From Squalus acanthias (lineage: Eukaryota): 64,000 nt of DNA. Positions 13,976 to 25,931 of the stretch are shown piece by piece. Positions within the stretch are counted from its first letter, which is position 1. Each line of letters starts with the position of its first letter. Position numbers and translations under genes: made by a program. The stretch spans positions 29,698,001 through 29,762,000 of the forward strand of contig CM059448.1 of assembly GCA_030390025.1 (NCBI GenBank), given 5' to 3'. The notes below the pieces were generated by a model that made no database searches, was not told the DNA's origin, and saw only the letters and a list, made by a program, of their open reading frames with translations.

Positions 13976-14241
13976 TTTCTTAACTTGTCCCATTACCATC
14001 TCCTTTTGCCTTGCACCATCATCCCTTTTGTCGCTTAATCTCTCCTGCCTTCCATCCTGTCACAGACCTTCCCGTTTGTTCTTTCCTCCCCTCCCCCCGC
14101 CCCTACACTTGCTTAAAAACCTGTTACATCTCCAACTTTTTCCAGTTCTGACGAAGGGTCATCGACCTGAAACATTAAGTCTGCTTCTCTCTCTACAGAT
14201 GCTGCCTGGCCTGCTGAGTGTTTCCAGCATTTTCTGTTTTT
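13976..14241 (+). mobile_element. Penelope-like element 3' fragment (family 2) with 9-bp TSD
   Basis: Flanked by attaggatg at 13967-13975 and 14242-14250. Ends ..cagatgctgcctggcctgctgagtgtttccagcattttctgttttt like the 63825-63989 copy and carries a hammerhead motif. Confidence 0.7.
14144..14180 (+). ncRNA. Minimal type I hammerhead ribozyme motif (PLE family 2), mutated
   Basis: agtt-CTGACGA-a-gggtc-atc-gacct-GAAA-ca-tt-aagt. The 63875-63886 copy shows the intact gaaacgttaact 3' half. Confidence 0.6.
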
Positions 14242-14529
14242 ATTAGGATGCTGCAGTTGGCTTCCATGTCCGTGGGTTAGCGAGGGTGGAAATTAGCTGG
14301 CGTACCTGTTCCTGATCACCATCCAGTTACCCTTGCGAGAAAGTATGTGTGTGGCTATCAGGCATAGACAGCGTTGGGCTCAGTCTGATGCCACTTCTCC
14401 ACCTGTAGTTGAATTGCATGCTAGTGCAATGTTACATGTGAAGACTGGCCACTTGGGTGAGCACCTGAAGGGATTGTACCTTTGTAAGGGTCAGCACCAG
14501 GAATAGAGGGGAGAAAATTGGGAAGGACA

Positions 14530-14745
14530 AATGTTTGCGTCATTCAGTGTATTTGAATGGTGAGTCAGACGGCGAGATGCCATTTTCACGCAGCTTTTGG
14601 AGGAGCAGGGCATCTCGGACAGCAACTTCTGGGTTTCCACGTTTAACTGCGCGCGTGCGGTCGCTGGAAATTGCTGTCCAAGTTGCACCGGACAACTTGC
14701 GAACACTGTTAGCCTTCCCGTTATTTTTGCAGCAAATTCCGGCCC
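14530..14745. mobile_element. Possible MITE fragment with Harbinger-like terminus
   Basis: CpG-rich segment ending aaattccggccc, similar to the terminus of the 38107-38775 element. No partner TIR or TSD found. Confidence 0.3.
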
Positions 14746-15454
14746 AGTCTCAAAGGCCACATATAAAGTTGAAATCCATGTTCCCATTAGATCTCAAACT
14801 GTGGGTACGAATGGATTTTGGTTTTCTGATTTAGGATCTATTCAGCAACAGTGCGAACAACCCTTTCCAGAGTCCAGATGCACAGAATTAAAACAGGAAA
14901 ACCAGCAAGAAAGAAATAAGTGCATACAGAACCGAAGTGCCTGGACACTGTGGGACAAATTTCAAAGCATTATACACCACTGTTTGTATACTCCTGCTGC
15001 AAACAGTGAATCCTCCTGTGTCTGAAGTCCATGTCTGGTAATGATGAAGTCCAGCTACTTCAAGTTGAATTCAGTTGTTGTGGATTTTGAAGGGTGTCGT
15101 CGTTTCGGGGAGTATTGGGCTGGCTGCTTATAAAGTGTTTTTTTCTCTTTTAATTAAGATTAGCAGCACCTGAGGTGGGCTCTCCCTCCAAGACAATGTC
15201 TGCACATCGCTCTCTCACTTGACAGCTTTGGTCCTGCTGGGCAGGTTATAGTTCTAATCGAACAAGACCCAGAGATTTGTGTAAGAACTGTGTCAGTGCG
15301 AGGGCTTCAGTGGAAAGGGAATAAGCCATTTAATTTTAATGTGTGCATCATTTATTACTGGGGCCAAAGTATTAGATAAAGTGGAACCCATCAGGAAACT
15401 ACTGTTTTGCGCTCTAATTCTCTCCTGAAAGCATCAACTGCTGCTGGGATCCAA

Positions 15455-15615
15455 AAAAGAACGACTTGCATTTCTATAGCACTTTTCACAACCTCAGGAC
15501 GTCCCAAAGCGCTTTACAGCTAATGAAGTACTTTTGGAGTGTAGTCACTGTTGCAATGTAGCAAATGCAGCAGTCAGTTTGCGCACAGCAAGCTCCCACA
15601 AACAGCAGTGTAATA
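15455..15615 (-). mobile_element. Deu-SINE 3' tail fragment
   Basis: acttgcatttctatagcacttttcacaacctcaggacgtcccaaagcgctttacagc..gtagtcactgttg. Confidence 0.7.
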
Positions 15616-15722
15616 TTGACCACATCCGGCATCCACACTGAATAGGTCACTGAGAGGGAACCCCCCACCCGACTGACTTTCTTCACCCTTTAACCCAGGG
15701 GCCAGTGAGACTAATTGTAGTA

Positions 15723-16002
15723 CAGGTTGAGGGTCCCGAATTCGGCAACCTCGGGACCGAGGCCGAGCCGGTTTTCGGGTTTTTCCGGACTTCGGAACGT
15801 GTTTCTGATGTCCGAAGTCCGGAAACGCCCGAGCCCAGGTTGCGATATTTCCGGACTTCGGACATCAGAAACACGTGCCGAGTCCGGAAATGCCTGGGCC
15901 CAGGTTGCGCTATTTCCGGTTTTTGGTAAGCCTCCCTCAGGGTGTCCGGATTCTGGAACATTTTACAGATTCCGGAACTCCGGATTTGGGACGCTCAACC
16001 TG
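15723..16002. mobile_element. Tc1/mariner-pogo (Tigger-like) MITE, 280 bp, TA TSD
   Basis: TIRs caggttgagggtcccgaattcgg / ccggatttgggacgctcaacctg flanked by TA at 15721-22 and 16003-04. CAGGTTGAG termini resemble Tigger4/MER46. Internal perfect inverted repeat; CpG-rich. Confidence 0.85.
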
Positions 16003-17159
16003 TACCTGACTGCAGCACGGCCCAGGGATTTAGCCTGGGACTATGCGCTGTGTATGGCTCGATACACTGGACCTTGTAACAATATGACCCTCCCCTCATG
16101 GCTGAACACCCTTCCGCTGGGCACTGTCTAGGTCACAGATGCATGCCCTTAGGGAGCTGTGGTTCCTTTTAAAGTGCATTTGGAACAACGTAACGAGTCC
16201 AGCCTGGAACCTTCAGTAAAGAAAGCTTTCCTAGAAGAGCAGGATGTGTTTGTGCTGATACACTTTCGTATCTGCTAATCTCTGCCAAAGGGAATAACAA
16301 CAGAAAGCAACATGTGTTTACACTTTAACACAGGTAGTTTAACATTCAGCATTAAGTGGAGGATCGAGTTTCCAATCCCCTGTTCTTCTGCAGTTAGTAA
16401 TCCTACACTTCAAGTATTTGTTTGGATTACTGGAACATTCTCTGAAATGAGCTTTCCTATTAGAGTCCATTAGTGCCTATTTACTGTCTCCTAATCCCCA
16501 ACAGATACAGAGCAAAAGTATTTATGATGTAAAGTGGGTGGTGGCTAAGAAGGGGCTGCTGGGTCAGAAGTCAGCCACTTGCCCCCATCTCCTCTCAGTT
16601 GCCTCTCTAACTCTTAGTGGGCAAGTCTGTCTGCCATTTCTACTTTGCTCTCCACCTTATCAAGAGTTAGTACATGGACTTGAACCAACATGCTGAAGAT
16701 GGGGTGTTTGGCTGCGTTCAATAAATAGACTGGGAAATGGCGAGAAGCGGTTCTCTTTTGCAACCAGAATCAAAACTTTCTATTCTTCAGGTAGTTGGAT
16801 CTTGTGGGCTGTGGCCACTGTATAGTGTATTACAAAGGAAGGCTGTGTGCCACTGGGTGTTGCCACTGCAGTGTGTTCCCCGTGAGGGCAAGAGGCAGAT
16901 GGTAGAATTCTGCTTTCTGTGTAAAAATTTTTTTTTTTGTGTGTGAAGGCTGTGAGCTATGTGGGGAAATGGTGAAAGGTCTAACAAATGCACTCGTTGA
17001 ACCAGCTCTGCACCCTGCAGGCCACTGTAGGAAGCAGCCTGGCAGCCAACCGTGACATCCGGTACTTGCTGACAGTTCAGTGTATGCACTGGGGACTCTC
17101 GGATTCTCTAACAGGCTGGAGAGTCTGGAGATCCTCACACGAGATACAGTGAAAGTGTT

Positions 17160-17530
17160 ATTTTCCTTAGTCTTTGTTTTCAAATCCCCCCTCATCTCTT
17201 TAACCTCCTCTAGCCCTACAACCTTCCAAGATCTCTGCGCTCCTCCAATTCTGCCATCTTGTGCATCCCCGATTTTCATCCCTCCACCATTGGCAGCTGG
17301 GCCTCCAGCTGCCTAGGCCCTAAGCTCTGGGATTCCCTCCCTAAACTTCTCCGCCTCTCTACCTCTCTTTCCTCCTTTAAGACGCTACCTCTTCAACCAA
17401 GCTTTTGTTTACCTGTCCTAATATCTCCTTATGTGGTTTGGTGCCAAATTTTGTTTGCTCACACTCCTGTGAAGCACCTTGGGACGTTTTACTATCTTAA
17501 ATGTGCTATATAAATGCAAGTTATTGTTGG
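17160..17530 (+). mobile_element. L2 LINE 3' end fragment
   Basis: Degenerate ..VFKS..LRSS..GPKLWDSLP..LSSFK reading, then the tail gtgaagcaccttgggacgttttacta..tgctatataaatgcaagttattgttg. Confidence 0.75.
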
Positions 17531-18574
17531 TGTGCTGTCTGGAGCAGCACAGACCCCAAACACATTGTATCAGGGGCCTCTGTGACATTTCAGTTTGCTG
17601 ACTTAAATTTCAATGGGGTACAGACTGGTCACACAGAGGAAGGCAATGAATAGATACTGCTCCAGTGTTCATTCGGCCTGGAGGTTTGGCTTAATCGTTA
17701 ATCCCCGAGTCAGCCATGGAGGACCAGTGGATAATGATTGATACTGTTTGCAAAAAAGTGATGAACTGTATAAAATGATCTTTAAATAAGACAGATTTTT
17801 ATCTTTCTGACACATTCTGACTAGGTATACGATGCCGACCTCTTAACCTGTGGTTCTGGATGCAGAGAAGTCACCCCAGCTCTTGGCCCATGGTCTCGTC
17901 CAACTTTGAGACATACCAGATTCAGACTAGCGACTCCTGGGTTGGGAGTTGCACCGGTTGGAGGAAGATTATACCAGACACCCCCACCCCCCCCCCCCCC
18001 CACCCAAAGCTTTGGTTGTCTGACTGGCAGAAACCCAGGAGCTGGTAGAAGGGCTCCACTCTGTTTGGAGGCGGCAGCTTGGTGTTCTGCCAATATTTCG
18101 CCCTCAACCAACACCTCCATTGGCTGATTGTTACAAACTTGGGGTCTTGCCATAGATCTTCTCTTGGGTACAATGGTGACAGTCGCACTCATAAGCAGTC
18201 TGAACATCTTCCATTTTGATGTATGCCTGGCTTATCCTGTAACTATATGGTGGGGTATAACAGTTCCATCCCCTTGTGATCTGAATTGGATATTTATGTG
18301 TTTCATTTTTTTCAAAGGCAGACTAAGAAAACACCTCGTGAGACCTGTCCAGATACAAATTATTTCACAAAGTGTACAGAGCATCAGTTATGACCAGACT
18401 CACTTAGTTCAAGAAGTATAACTTGCCTTCATATACTAATACAAAAATAAGGAATACATGATGCTTCCCCATGTCAGTGAGTCGTCTTGTTTGACTTAAA
18501 CAAAATAACTCCTGACTACCCTCCTGTGCTCTTGTTTTCTGTCTGGCGATACCTTGACTTCACAATTTGTTTTA

Positions 18575-18770
18575 AGAAATATTTGCATTTATATAGTACC
18601 TTTCACGACCTAAGGACACCCCAAACGCTTTTCCAGCCAATGGAGTACTTTTGAAATGTAGTCACTGTTGTAATGTAGGAAACGCGGCAGTCAACTTGCG
18701 CACAGCAAGGTCCCACAAACAGCAATATGATAATGATCAGATAATCTGTGTTCAGTGATGTTGGTTTAAA
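18575..18770 (-). mobile_element. Deu-SINE 3' tail fragment
   Basis: ttgcatttatatagtacctttcacgacctaaggacaccccaaacgc..gtagtcactgttgtaatgtaggaaacgcggcag. Confidence 0.75.
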
Positions 18771-19109
18771 AATATGACTAATTTTTCAGCCTTTGCTGGA
18801 CCTGACTGCCTATTTTTATCTCCCTTGGTTGACGGCCAGAAAGGTAGACCTGCCAGTACCCCTGCCGAATACATGATATCAGAGACTTTCCAACAGAAAG
18901 GGTTTGATATATTTATTTGCGAGACAGACTGGCAAATTGCTCATTATTTACAGTCTATGGGGAAGCAACATCAAAGCCTAGCTCATTAGTATTTTAACCA
19001 TCTCGGTGCTTTTTTTAACTTGTGGAAATACACTTTGCTTTAAAACCCTAACGTTTTAAAGTAAGTTTTCAAATCCTATGGAAAAATGGTCAAAGAATCT
19101 CAAAACATG

Positions 19110-19930
19110 ACACCAATTAGCTGGTCATTCGTGTCACCTGCTGTTTCTGGGATCTTCCTGAGTACAAATTGACCACCACATTAGACTACATAACTACAAG
19201 CACCAGGGTTTATTTCGAGAAGGATACAATTCAAAAGTAGGGAAGTTATACTAAACCTGTATCGAACCTTGGTTAGACTACACTTGGAGTACTGCGTACA
19301 GTTCTGGTCGCCTTATTATAAAAAGGATATAGAGGCACTGGAGAGGGTGCAGAGAAGGTTTACAAGGATGATACCAGAAATGCGAGAGTATACATATCAG
19401 GAAAGGATGAACAGGCTGGGTCTCTTTTCTCTTGAAAAATGAAGGCTGAGGGGTGACCTAATAGAGGTCTTTAAAATTATGAAAGGTTTTGATAGAGTGG
19501 ATACAGAGAGAGTGTTTCCACTTGTGGGGAAGAGCATAACTGGAGGCCATCATTATAAGATAGTCACCAAGAAAGCCAACAGGGAATTCAGAAGAAACTT
19601 CTTTACCCAAAGAGTGGTGAGAATGTGGAACTCGCTACCACAGGAAGTGATTGAAGTGAATAGTACAGATGCATTTAAGGGGAGGCTAGACAAGCATATG
19701 AGGGAGAAGGGAATAGAGGGTTATGCTGATAGTTAGATGAGGAAAGACGGGAGGAGGCTTAAGTGGAGAATAAACGCCGGCATGGACTGGTTGGGCCGAA
19801 TGGCCTGTTTCTGTGCCGTATATCCGATATAATCCTGTGTAATAACAAAAGTAATTCATTGGCTTTGAAGTGCTTTGGAATGTCAATGAGGATGTGATGA
19901 GGTGCCATAGGAGGTGCATGTTTGTTATTT
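19110..19930 (+). mobile_element. Deu-SINE 3' tail split by a nested CR1 (19203-19842)
   Basis: ctggtcatt..gctgtttctgggatctt..caaattg before the LINE; aaaagtaattcattggctttgaagtgctttggaatgtc after it. Confidence 0.5.
19203..19842 (+). mobile_element. CR1/HER1-type LINE, 5'-truncated 3' fragment
   Basis: Encodes LYRTLVRLHLEYCVQFWSP..RGDLIEVFKIMKGFDRV..NFFTQRVVRMWNSLP; 3' UTR gggccgaatggcctgtttctgtg. Confidence 0.9.
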
Positions 19931-20739
19931 CCTTCTTGTTCCTGCGACCCGTGCAACTTCTGAGCCAGGAGTGGCCAGTCTCAAAGCTGAGCGTAACCAA
20001 TCCGTGGCCAGCATGGGACAAGAGCTGGGATGGCCGACCTGCATTCAGTCTTACTTTTCTTATGAATTTGGATCAGCTGCTGCAGCTGTCGGGTATATAC
20101 TTGCGCAGAGTCTGTGCAACTACTGTGAGGATGGGTATTACAGGAGGCTCAGCGTTACTGCCCTCATTCCTGTGGTGCTCTGTGACAAATCGGAATGCAG
20201 CCCCTCTCCCAGTCCTGTGGATGGCTGCTGATACTCTTCATGTACCTATAACCTGTGATTGTGAATGCCAGCCTGACCCATCTCCTCATTCACCTTTGGA
20301 CCCATCACTGGTTTTGTGAAATGGGTGATTTATTCACTTGGCCCTGATCGTTCAGACCCTAAACCCCAGCTCCAGCCATGCTCCGATACTTATTGCTGGG
20401 AGGAGCCGAAAAAAGGTGGACCAGTCACGGCCCCCTTGATGCCTCAGATTTCAGTGTCCTGTACTTCTACGGTACCCCAAGCATATGACAATCAACTGGT
20501 TAACCCTTCTCACTACAGAAGCAGCAGGAAATAAATCAAAATGGAGCCTGGCGTACTAATACTATTCATCACTCAGATTTAGGGTAGTAAAATCTGGGTT
20601 CCTCGCAGGTTCTGTGGCACACAGTGTGACAGATTCAACCCTCTTCCCTAAATGATGAATTCTCATTCTTGGCTAAGTTTGGGGAATGTGGAGCAAAGAC
20701 CCGGGCCTTTCCTGCAGGGTAGTAGGGAAAATGTGCAGG

Positions 20740-20935
20740 CCTCCCTGTCATGGGATCGTTTACATCCATCTGAGAGGGCAGACAGCATCTCATCCAAAGG
20801 ACAGCACCTCCGACAATGCAGCACTCCCTAAGTACTGCACTGAAACGTCAGCCTAGTCTCTGGAGTGAGGCTTGAATCCAAGACCACCTGACTCAGAGGT
20901 GAGTGTGCTTACCACCCTGCCAAGGCTGACACAAT
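20740..20935 (-). mobile_element. Deu-SINE 5'/core fragment
   Basis: catgggatcgtttacatccatctgagagggcagacag..cagcacctccgacaatgcagcactcccta.gtactgcactg..tgactcagaggtgag. Confidence 0.75.
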
Positions 20936-21138
20936 TCAAAGAAGCCGCTGTTTAGAAAAGTTTAAGATCTCGAGTACAGTGAGAAGGTAACAGACACTGA
21001 ACCCGCCTGCTGGTACATAAAGTGAGTGTGCGATACAGACCCCTCTTAGTGGCACAATACAATGACCGATCAACACAGACACTGCCCCATCGTGCTGATA
21101 TAGTGTAATGAGCAAGTGAATTTGACAATGGCCTCTCC

Positions 21139-23200
21139 TACTGGTACAGTACAGTGAGAGAGTGACACATTACTGGTACACTACATTGCGAGTGACACAT
21201 TACTGGTACAGTACAGTGAGAGTGACACATTACTGGTACAGTACATTGAGAGAGTGACACATTACTGGTACACTACATTGCGAGTGACACATTACTGGTA
21301 AAGTACAGTGAGAGTGACACATTACTGGTACAGTACATTGAGAGAGTGACACATTACTGGTACACTACATTGCGAGTGACACATTACTGGTACACTACAT
21401 TGCGAGTGACACATTACTGGTACAGTACAGTGAGAGTGACACATTACTGGTACAGTACATTGAGAGAGTGACACATTCCTGGTACAGTACAGTGAGAGTG
21501 ACACATTACTGGTACACTACAGTGAGTGACACATTACTGGTACACTACAGTGAGTGACACATTACTGGTACACTACAGTGAGTGACACATTACTGGTACA
21601 GTAGAGTGAGAGTGACATGTTACTGGTACAGTACAGTGAGACACATTACTGGTACAGTACAGTGAGAGAGACACATTACTGGTACAGTACAGTGAGAGTG
21701 ACACATTACTGGTACAGTACAGTGAGAGTGACACATTACTGGTACACTACAGTGAGAGAGTGACACATTACTGGTACACTACAGTGAGAGAGTGACACAT
21801 TACTGGTACACTACAGTGAGAGAGTGACACATTACTGGTACAGTAGAGAGAGAGTGACACATTACTGGTACACTACAGTGAGTGACACATTACTGGTACA
21901 GTACAGAGAGATTGACACATTACTGGTACACTACAGTGAGTGAGTGACACTTTACTGGTACACTACATTGAGAGAGTGACACTTTACTGGTACACTACAT
22001 TGAGAGAGTGACACATTACTGGTACACTACATTGAGAGAGTGACACATTACTGGTACACTACATTGAGAGAGTGACACATTACTGGTACACTACAGTGAG
22101 AGTGACACATTACTGGTACACTACAGTGAGAGAGTGACACATTACTGGTACACTACAGTGAGAGTGACACATTACTGGTACACTACAGTGAGAGTGACAC
22201 ATTACTGGTACACTACAGTGAGAGAGTGACACATTACTGGTACACTACAGTGAGAGTGACACATTACTGGTACAGTACAGTGAGAGTGACACATTACTGG
22301 TACAGTACAGTGAGAGAGTGACACATTACTGGTACAGTACAGTGAGAGTGACACATTACTGGTACACTACAGTGAGAGTGACACATTACTGGTACACTAC
22401 AGTGAGAGTGACACATTACTGGTACACTACAGTGAGAGTGACACATTACTGGTACACTACAGTGAGAGTGACACATTACTGGTACAGTACAGTGAGAGTG
22501 ACACATTACTGCTACAGTATAGTGAGAGAGTGCCGCATTACTGGTACAGTACAGTGAGTGACACATTACTGGTACAGTACAGTGAGAGTGACACATTACT
22601 GGTACACTACAGAGAGTGACACATTACTGGTACACTACAGTGAGAGTGACACATTACTGGTACACTACAGTGAGAGAGTGACACATTACTGGTACACTAC
22701 AGTGAGAATGTGACACATTACTGGTACAGTACAGTGAGAGTGACACATTACTGGTACAGTACAGTGAGAGTGACACATTACTGGTACAGTACAGTGAGAG
22801 AGTGACACATTACTGGTACAGTACAGTGAGAGTGACACATTACTGGTACAGTACAGTGAGAGTGACACATTACCTGGTACAGTACAGTGAGAGTGACACA
22901 TTACTGCTACAGTATAGTGAGAGAGTGCCGCATTACTGGTACAGTACAGTGAGAGTGACACATTACTGGTACACTACAGTGAGAGAGTGACACATTACTG
23001 GTACACTACAGTGAGAGAGTGACACATTACTGGTACACTACAGAGAGTGACACATTACTGGTACACTACAGTGAAAGTGACACATTACTGGTTCACTGCA
23101 GTGAGAGTGACATTACTGGTACACTACAGTGAGAGAGTGACACTTTGGTTCAGTGCATTGAGAACACTACAGACTCCTATTGGTGTAGTACAGTGAGTGA
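21139..23200 (+). repeat. Minisatellite, ~30-bp unit (28-32), about 65 copies
   Basis: Unit attactggtaca(c/g)tacagtga(ga)ngtgacac. Length variation comes from the embedded GA dinucleotide run; edges are degenerate. Confidence 0.97.
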
Positions 23201-24182
23201 CAAAGACACCAACCTCTCCTACTTGTACTATACAATGAAAGATCACTGACACAGACAAAGGCACACCCACCTTGTGCCTTGCCAAATATCCTTTGAAGCA
23301 TTCTGTGCCTCCCAGGAGGTTGAGATGTGTCCCAGCAGTTGGGCTGAGTACACCATGCAGGCTGGGTTTCTGCAAACCATCTTTACGATGTTGACTAAGA
23401 ATGAGATCGCACATCGGCCTGTGCCCAGCTGGCAGTAGATGAGCAGAGATGAAAGTGGAAAGTGAAGTCCCGCACCACAGTAATGATTCCTGTGCACAAA
23501 CAGGAAGATGCAAGTTACATTTCAATTGCACTTTTCCTTTGATTTGATTCCAAGTGTAGTTTAATTTTTAATCAAGTTACCATATTGCCTGGAGTATGAC
23601 CTGCTTATCACCTCCTCAAATACAGTATTTACAGAAAGGCTCATATTACAGCAGTGCGCTCTGGGTGCTTTGGTGTTTGATGATTGGCTTTTGGTGAGAC
23701 CGGAAAGGACTGGGTACAATGCCCCATTTGTATATAATTCTTCTGCAACTGAAACAGATGCCAGCTGGAACATCTCGTCTCCACGGATGAAATTCAATGA
23801 AGTGCGAGGCTGGTGAGAACAAAAAAGGAGTTTGAATTTCACAGTCAATAAAACTTCAGAAGTTTCATCATCGCCTTAAACACGTTTCCTGCGTTACTGA
23901 GGTAACAGCTGGCTGAATATGATGAAGGAGCCATGATAGGCAAGGTGGCCTACCTCCAGCAGGAGTGTGGTGGTCTCTTGGTCAGAGAGGTTGGTAGATC
24001 CAGCAGGAGAGTGATGCAGTCCCGATCAGGGTGGGGGTGGTGGTTATGATACTTTCAGTTGGAGGTGCCACTGTAGACGGATGGGGGTGCGGCGGGGGGG
24101 ATATTTCTATTCACAGCCTCAACTGGCTCATCTAATGAATGCTTTGTGACAGAATTGTGCTTTGTTTTGGATGGAGCCACCA

Positions 24183-24282
24183 AGAAAGAAAGACTTGCAT
24201 TTATATAGCACCGGACGTCTCGAAGCGCTTTACAGCCAATGAAGTACTTTATTTTTTGAAGTGTAGTCACTGTTGTAATGTA
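24183..24282 (-). mobile_element. Short Deu-SINE/L2 tail fragment
   Basis: agaaagaaagacttgcatttatatagcac..gcgctttacagccaatgaagtactt..gtagtcactgttgtaatgtag. Confidence 0.7.
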
Positions 24283-25436
24283 GCTATATCGCTATGTACA
24301 TCCTTTAGGAAAATCCACAGGGTACTGACAGTTGTGAATATTTGGCCCGACTATCAGCCCTTTCTAATTAAAGGAATACTGTGCAGTGTCAGGGAGGGGA
24401 AATCACAAATTACATAAACTACATAATGAAAGACGAGGTGCCACATGAGTCTGAGGAATTTTGTGCGAGACTGTTGGAGCACTTTGTACCTTGGTGTACC
24501 GCGATCATGTTCAGCCAAATCGCCCTTTTACTTGGTTAGATTTCTGAGTGTTCGACTTCAATATTTACGGAAGTTTTATGGTTTTATTTTTTCTTTATCT
24601 TATCCCCATCAGTTTTTCACTGAGTCACTCTCCAGGTGAACAACGCTACTTGCTCTATTGCCCTTCCTGTCAGTGGAGACTCACGCTGAAAGGAGCGGCT
24701 ACCTTGACACAGGTTGCACCATCCTGTCATATACTCTGGGTGCACGGTTTATTGCTGTTGACCGGAATCTGTTTCAACCAGTAATAATTCTTTCCCTTTC
24801 CCAGTTCAGTCCCATAATTCCTGGTTACAGTAATATATTTTGCGATTGTACTGAGTCAGGTGACCATGACCCCATCATGCCCTTCCCTTTATTTTCTAAT
24901 TCACAAAATGCCTTGCTTGCAACTGAGTTTAGAAATGGATTCACGTGGCCACATAATTGGTGAGATTTCGTGCTGAACCGCTCCTCCCTCCCTCTCCCTA
25001 TCCCCGTGTGTTGACCTCATCCAATTTGGGATGGAGCTCGTTGTAGTTGATCTACCCGGAGAGATTTTGGGTGTTCCCAGGTGCGCTGATTTGTCTTTTC
25101 CCCAGTGGTGGTACAGATTGATGGCTGAAGCAAATCTAAGTTGCATGGCTTAGCTGGACACTGCGTCCGAAGCCTTTGTCTCTTACTGGGTGCAATACTG
25201 GCATTAAACACCAATGTTTGAGTGATGTTGGCTGTTGGTTACGTGCTGCTTGTGGTTAGGCATGTCCCATTCTGATTTACTAAAGGTTTCCTAGTACTGC
25301 TGCTAGTTTTGATGTTAAAGGCGTCTTGGCCTTTCTGCTTATAATAGGTTAACTTGCCTGGAGATCATTGTACCTATTTTGCAACTTTCTCAGCAGAGGG
25401 TTGGGAGTGCTGCAGATTCTGGATTGAAACGCAGGC

Positions 25437-25500
25437 TTTTTTTTTAATCCACTTATGGGATCTGGGCGCCTCTGGCAAGGCCAGCATTTATTGCCCATCC
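25437..25500 (-). mobile_element. Short non-LTR retrotransposon 3' terminal fragment
   Basis: T-run followed by atgggatctgggcgcctctggcaaggccagcatttattgcccatcc, recalled as a common shark LINE terminus. Confidence 0.45.
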
Positions 25501-25692
25501 ATAAAAGCTTACAGGAGCGCTGCCAAGAATTCCATTTATCAGAGAACGCCACACGGAAATATTCGGCACAAAGTAAGCTGTGGCTAAGTTGCCAGTACTG
25601 GCACCCAGGTTTGCAAATTCAGCAAATCTGTAACTGCCCCTCAACCAAATCGAAGTGCAAGCTGCCAGCTGCTGAGTGAGTGCCGGTAGGAA

Positions 25693-25931
25693 GGTCCCCT
25701 CCCGGAGCCGCTGGGGCGGTCCCCTCCCGGAGCCGCTGGGGCGGTCCCCTGCCGGAGCCGCTGGGGCGGTCCCCTGCCGGAGCCGCTGGGGCGGTCCCCT
25801 GCCGGAGCCGCTGGGGCGGTCCCCTGCCGGAGCCGCTGGGGCGGTCCCCTGCCGGAGCCGCTGGGGCGGTCCCCTGCCGGAGCCGCTGGGGCGGTCCCCT
25901 GCCGGAGCCGCTGGGGCGGTCCCCTCCCGGA
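25693..25931 (+). repeat. GC-rich 25-bp minisatellite, about 9.5 near-perfect copies
   Basis: Unit gccggagccgctggggcggtcccct; only g/c variation at one position. Confidence 0.97.

Larger units (their letters stand above)
13890..14525 (+). mobile_element. Family B SINE-like copy interrupted by the PLE insertion at 13976-14241
   Basis: Head cagtccagaaggtgctggga before the insertion; body gggttagcgagggtggaaattagc..cctgatcaccatccag..tgtgaagactggccacttgggtgag..ggggagaaaattgg after it. Confidence 0.5.

Noticed and set aside
21139-23200. CRISPR-like appearance of regularly spaced ~30-43 bp repeats (also 50730-53828)
   Set aside because: Units are head-to-tail with no unique spacers, there are no cas genes, and the context is vertebrate.
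23610-23810. Possible minus-strand exon after the acceptor ttttttgttctcaccag
   Set aside because: Donor is weak and the peptide is unrecognised; not enough support.
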